Assembly: GCF_001194135.2 (NCBI RefSeq)
Contig: NC_068990.1
Coordinates: forward strand, 62,704,782 to 62,767,870
Reading direction: 5' to 3'
Source of the DNA: Octopus bimaculoides
Taxonomy: Eukaryota
DNA length: 63,089 bases
The notes beneath the pieces were generated by a model. That model was not told the origin of the DNA, did no database searches, and saw only the letters and a program-made list of their open reading frames with translations. Below, piece by piece: positions 61,066-63,089 of the stretch. The first letter of the stretch is position 1. Every line of letters begins with the position of its first letter. Both the position numbers and the translations under genes were made by a program.

Positions 61066-63089
61066 GACTCTTCCATTCTCCAATATATTGATGTTTAATC
61101 ATAGATCAGCCGCAATTTAATAAACCTAAGACCAAAGGCTTTCCATCCATAATCATCCAGTCCATTAAGTGATGGGTGTGTTATGATGGAAAGCTTTCGA
61201 TATCCAGAACTACATTATCGAATGTATCTGTTCATGTTTAAGACGGTAGCTCTAATAGATTCGGCTGCTATTTCTAGGTCATACTGAGAGTAGTACATTA
61301 CTCAGCTGTTTGGAGTATCAGTTTTCCGTTGGCTTGTAAAGCTTAGTTCAATTTCTCAGGCAGGAAACTATGTAACCTACTAGTATTATTTCCAGTTAAG
61401 AAGGTAATTTTTCTCCAATCAGGAAACCATGTGTAAGCACAGGATACACGAACCTTTGTAATCTGGAAAAGAATTTAAAATATAATGAAAGTGGAAGTTC
61501 CGTTATAAAAGCGCAAGCTAACGTTACTTGCATAAATGATACAACAGAATTATTACATGACATTGTTTTATAATTGTCACTGCTTTAATCATTTAAGAAA
61601 CATATTCACCTTCCTTTAAACAAACACTTTCGAAAATAAATACAGCCAAGTTTCTTTTTCATATAATCATGTTAAAATCGCTCTTTAGCAGTATAATTTG
61701 CATGCTATGACTACTGAAGATTTTCAGTTTGCCAGTCAAAAGACAAATTAAATATTTTCATTCTTTACAAAATAAAAAATAAAATGTTTAAATAGTTTCT
61801 TTGTCACTACCGTAGTCATAGATTTTCAGCAAAAATTCTCCAAATAAGGAAACGGAGTCTATAAATTAAGAATTTGATGCAAGCTAAAATATTCTAATCT
61901 AAACCTAAATGTTAAATTTATAATTATACTAAAAATGTTTTTAAAAACTTATTAAACTATCTAGATGGTTATAATGTGCAGAATATTAACCGGGAAGAAT
62001 ATTCCAAACCATAATCTATAAAATTTATAATATTTTATATTACCAAATAACATAATGACCAGTAATATTTCATATGTCTTTTAAAACTCCTGGAATCTGC
62101 TAGTCAATTATTTATTCAGGTATTCCTCTTTCTCTTATAATCAACAAAAATGATGAAACTTCGCTTCTTGTTGCCTATTTAAAAATTGTCTTGTTGGATT
62201 ATTATGTCTTGTCATATTAACAGTACAGCAAGAAAACGGTAAATAAATACGAAATAAGACATTAAAATCTATAGTTTGTGAAGTAAAGAAGGAATAAAAG
62301 AGTAAAAGTTTTCAAATTATTTGAAAAATAAATCATATCCACAGAATTCAGTTGTAAGGCCAGGGCAATCATGTTTGCTGTCAAGCAGCTGCCTAATAAA
62401 ATATTATATTTTGTTCGACCGTATGCATATTAAATTAGAATCAATTCGAAGAACATCGAGATGTGATGAGACACAATATTGGCTAAGTTTAAGAAGAAAC
62501 AGAAATGATTGTTGCTTGGGCAATGCCTATCAAAGAAAAAAAGATTATAGTTAACATAACAACATTAGAAAATAGACGACTTTGTAAAACTTACTAGAAA
62601 AGATAGATTTTGCGTGCGAAGGTACGCAAGAATTTCATACATTTATACATATGAATGGTAGACGCATACATAGCAGTATGCATAGATAACATTGCTTGAC
62701 GCATATAGCAGTTACGTATACCCTCAAATATGTGTACATACTCACACAAATAAAAACCCAGATAAAAGCCCCAACATATATTACATACATATATACACGT
62801 ACTTTATAAGCATTCACGTGTTGATCTCTCCCCGTCTCTCTCTCTCTCTCTGTGTATATGTATGCATGTATGTATGTATATATGTATGTATGTGTGTAGA
62901 TGTATATATTTCTACGTGTGTATATATATGTATAAATATGCATGTACATAACTATGTTTACACATACACATATGCATGTATGTGTATATTGTATATGTAT
63001 ATATTTATCATTCACAACATATTAATTATTTTAAGTGTCATGTTGGGACTTGTAATATTTCAAAAGTTATATATATATACATATATATA

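Overview
Eukaryotic, AT-rich, microsatellite-dense genomic DNA with about 4.8 kb of N gaps. The SINE families and repeat landscape look like a coleoid cephalopod, probably Octopus (inference from recalled repeat sequences, not a database search). I cannot support any intact host protein-coding gene, CRISPR array or prokaryotic system. Almost all listed ORFs are gap or microsatellite artefacts or transposon debris. Recognisable content: LINE fragments (L1/Tx1, R4/Dong-type RLE, RTE, CR1-like); several Penelope-like element (PLE) remnants; DNA transposon fossils (Tc1 DD37E, mariners, Tigger, Chapaev3); more than 30 tRNA-derived SINE copies from modular families; and one divergent tRNA-Asp(GTC). 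The most interesting signal is a set of hammerhead-ribozyme (HHR)-like folds, most next to PLE remnants. The best one has a compensated G3:C8 core (GUGAACA instead of CUGANGA) and occurs twice, back-to-back, in a 276-bp palindrome at 20.0-20.3 kb. A second signal is short retroposon-like elements embedded specifically in (CATA)n or (TAA)n microsatellites. All translations, alignments and folds were done by eye. Repeat boundaries are approximate (about +/-10-20 bp) unless a TSD or TIR is quoted.
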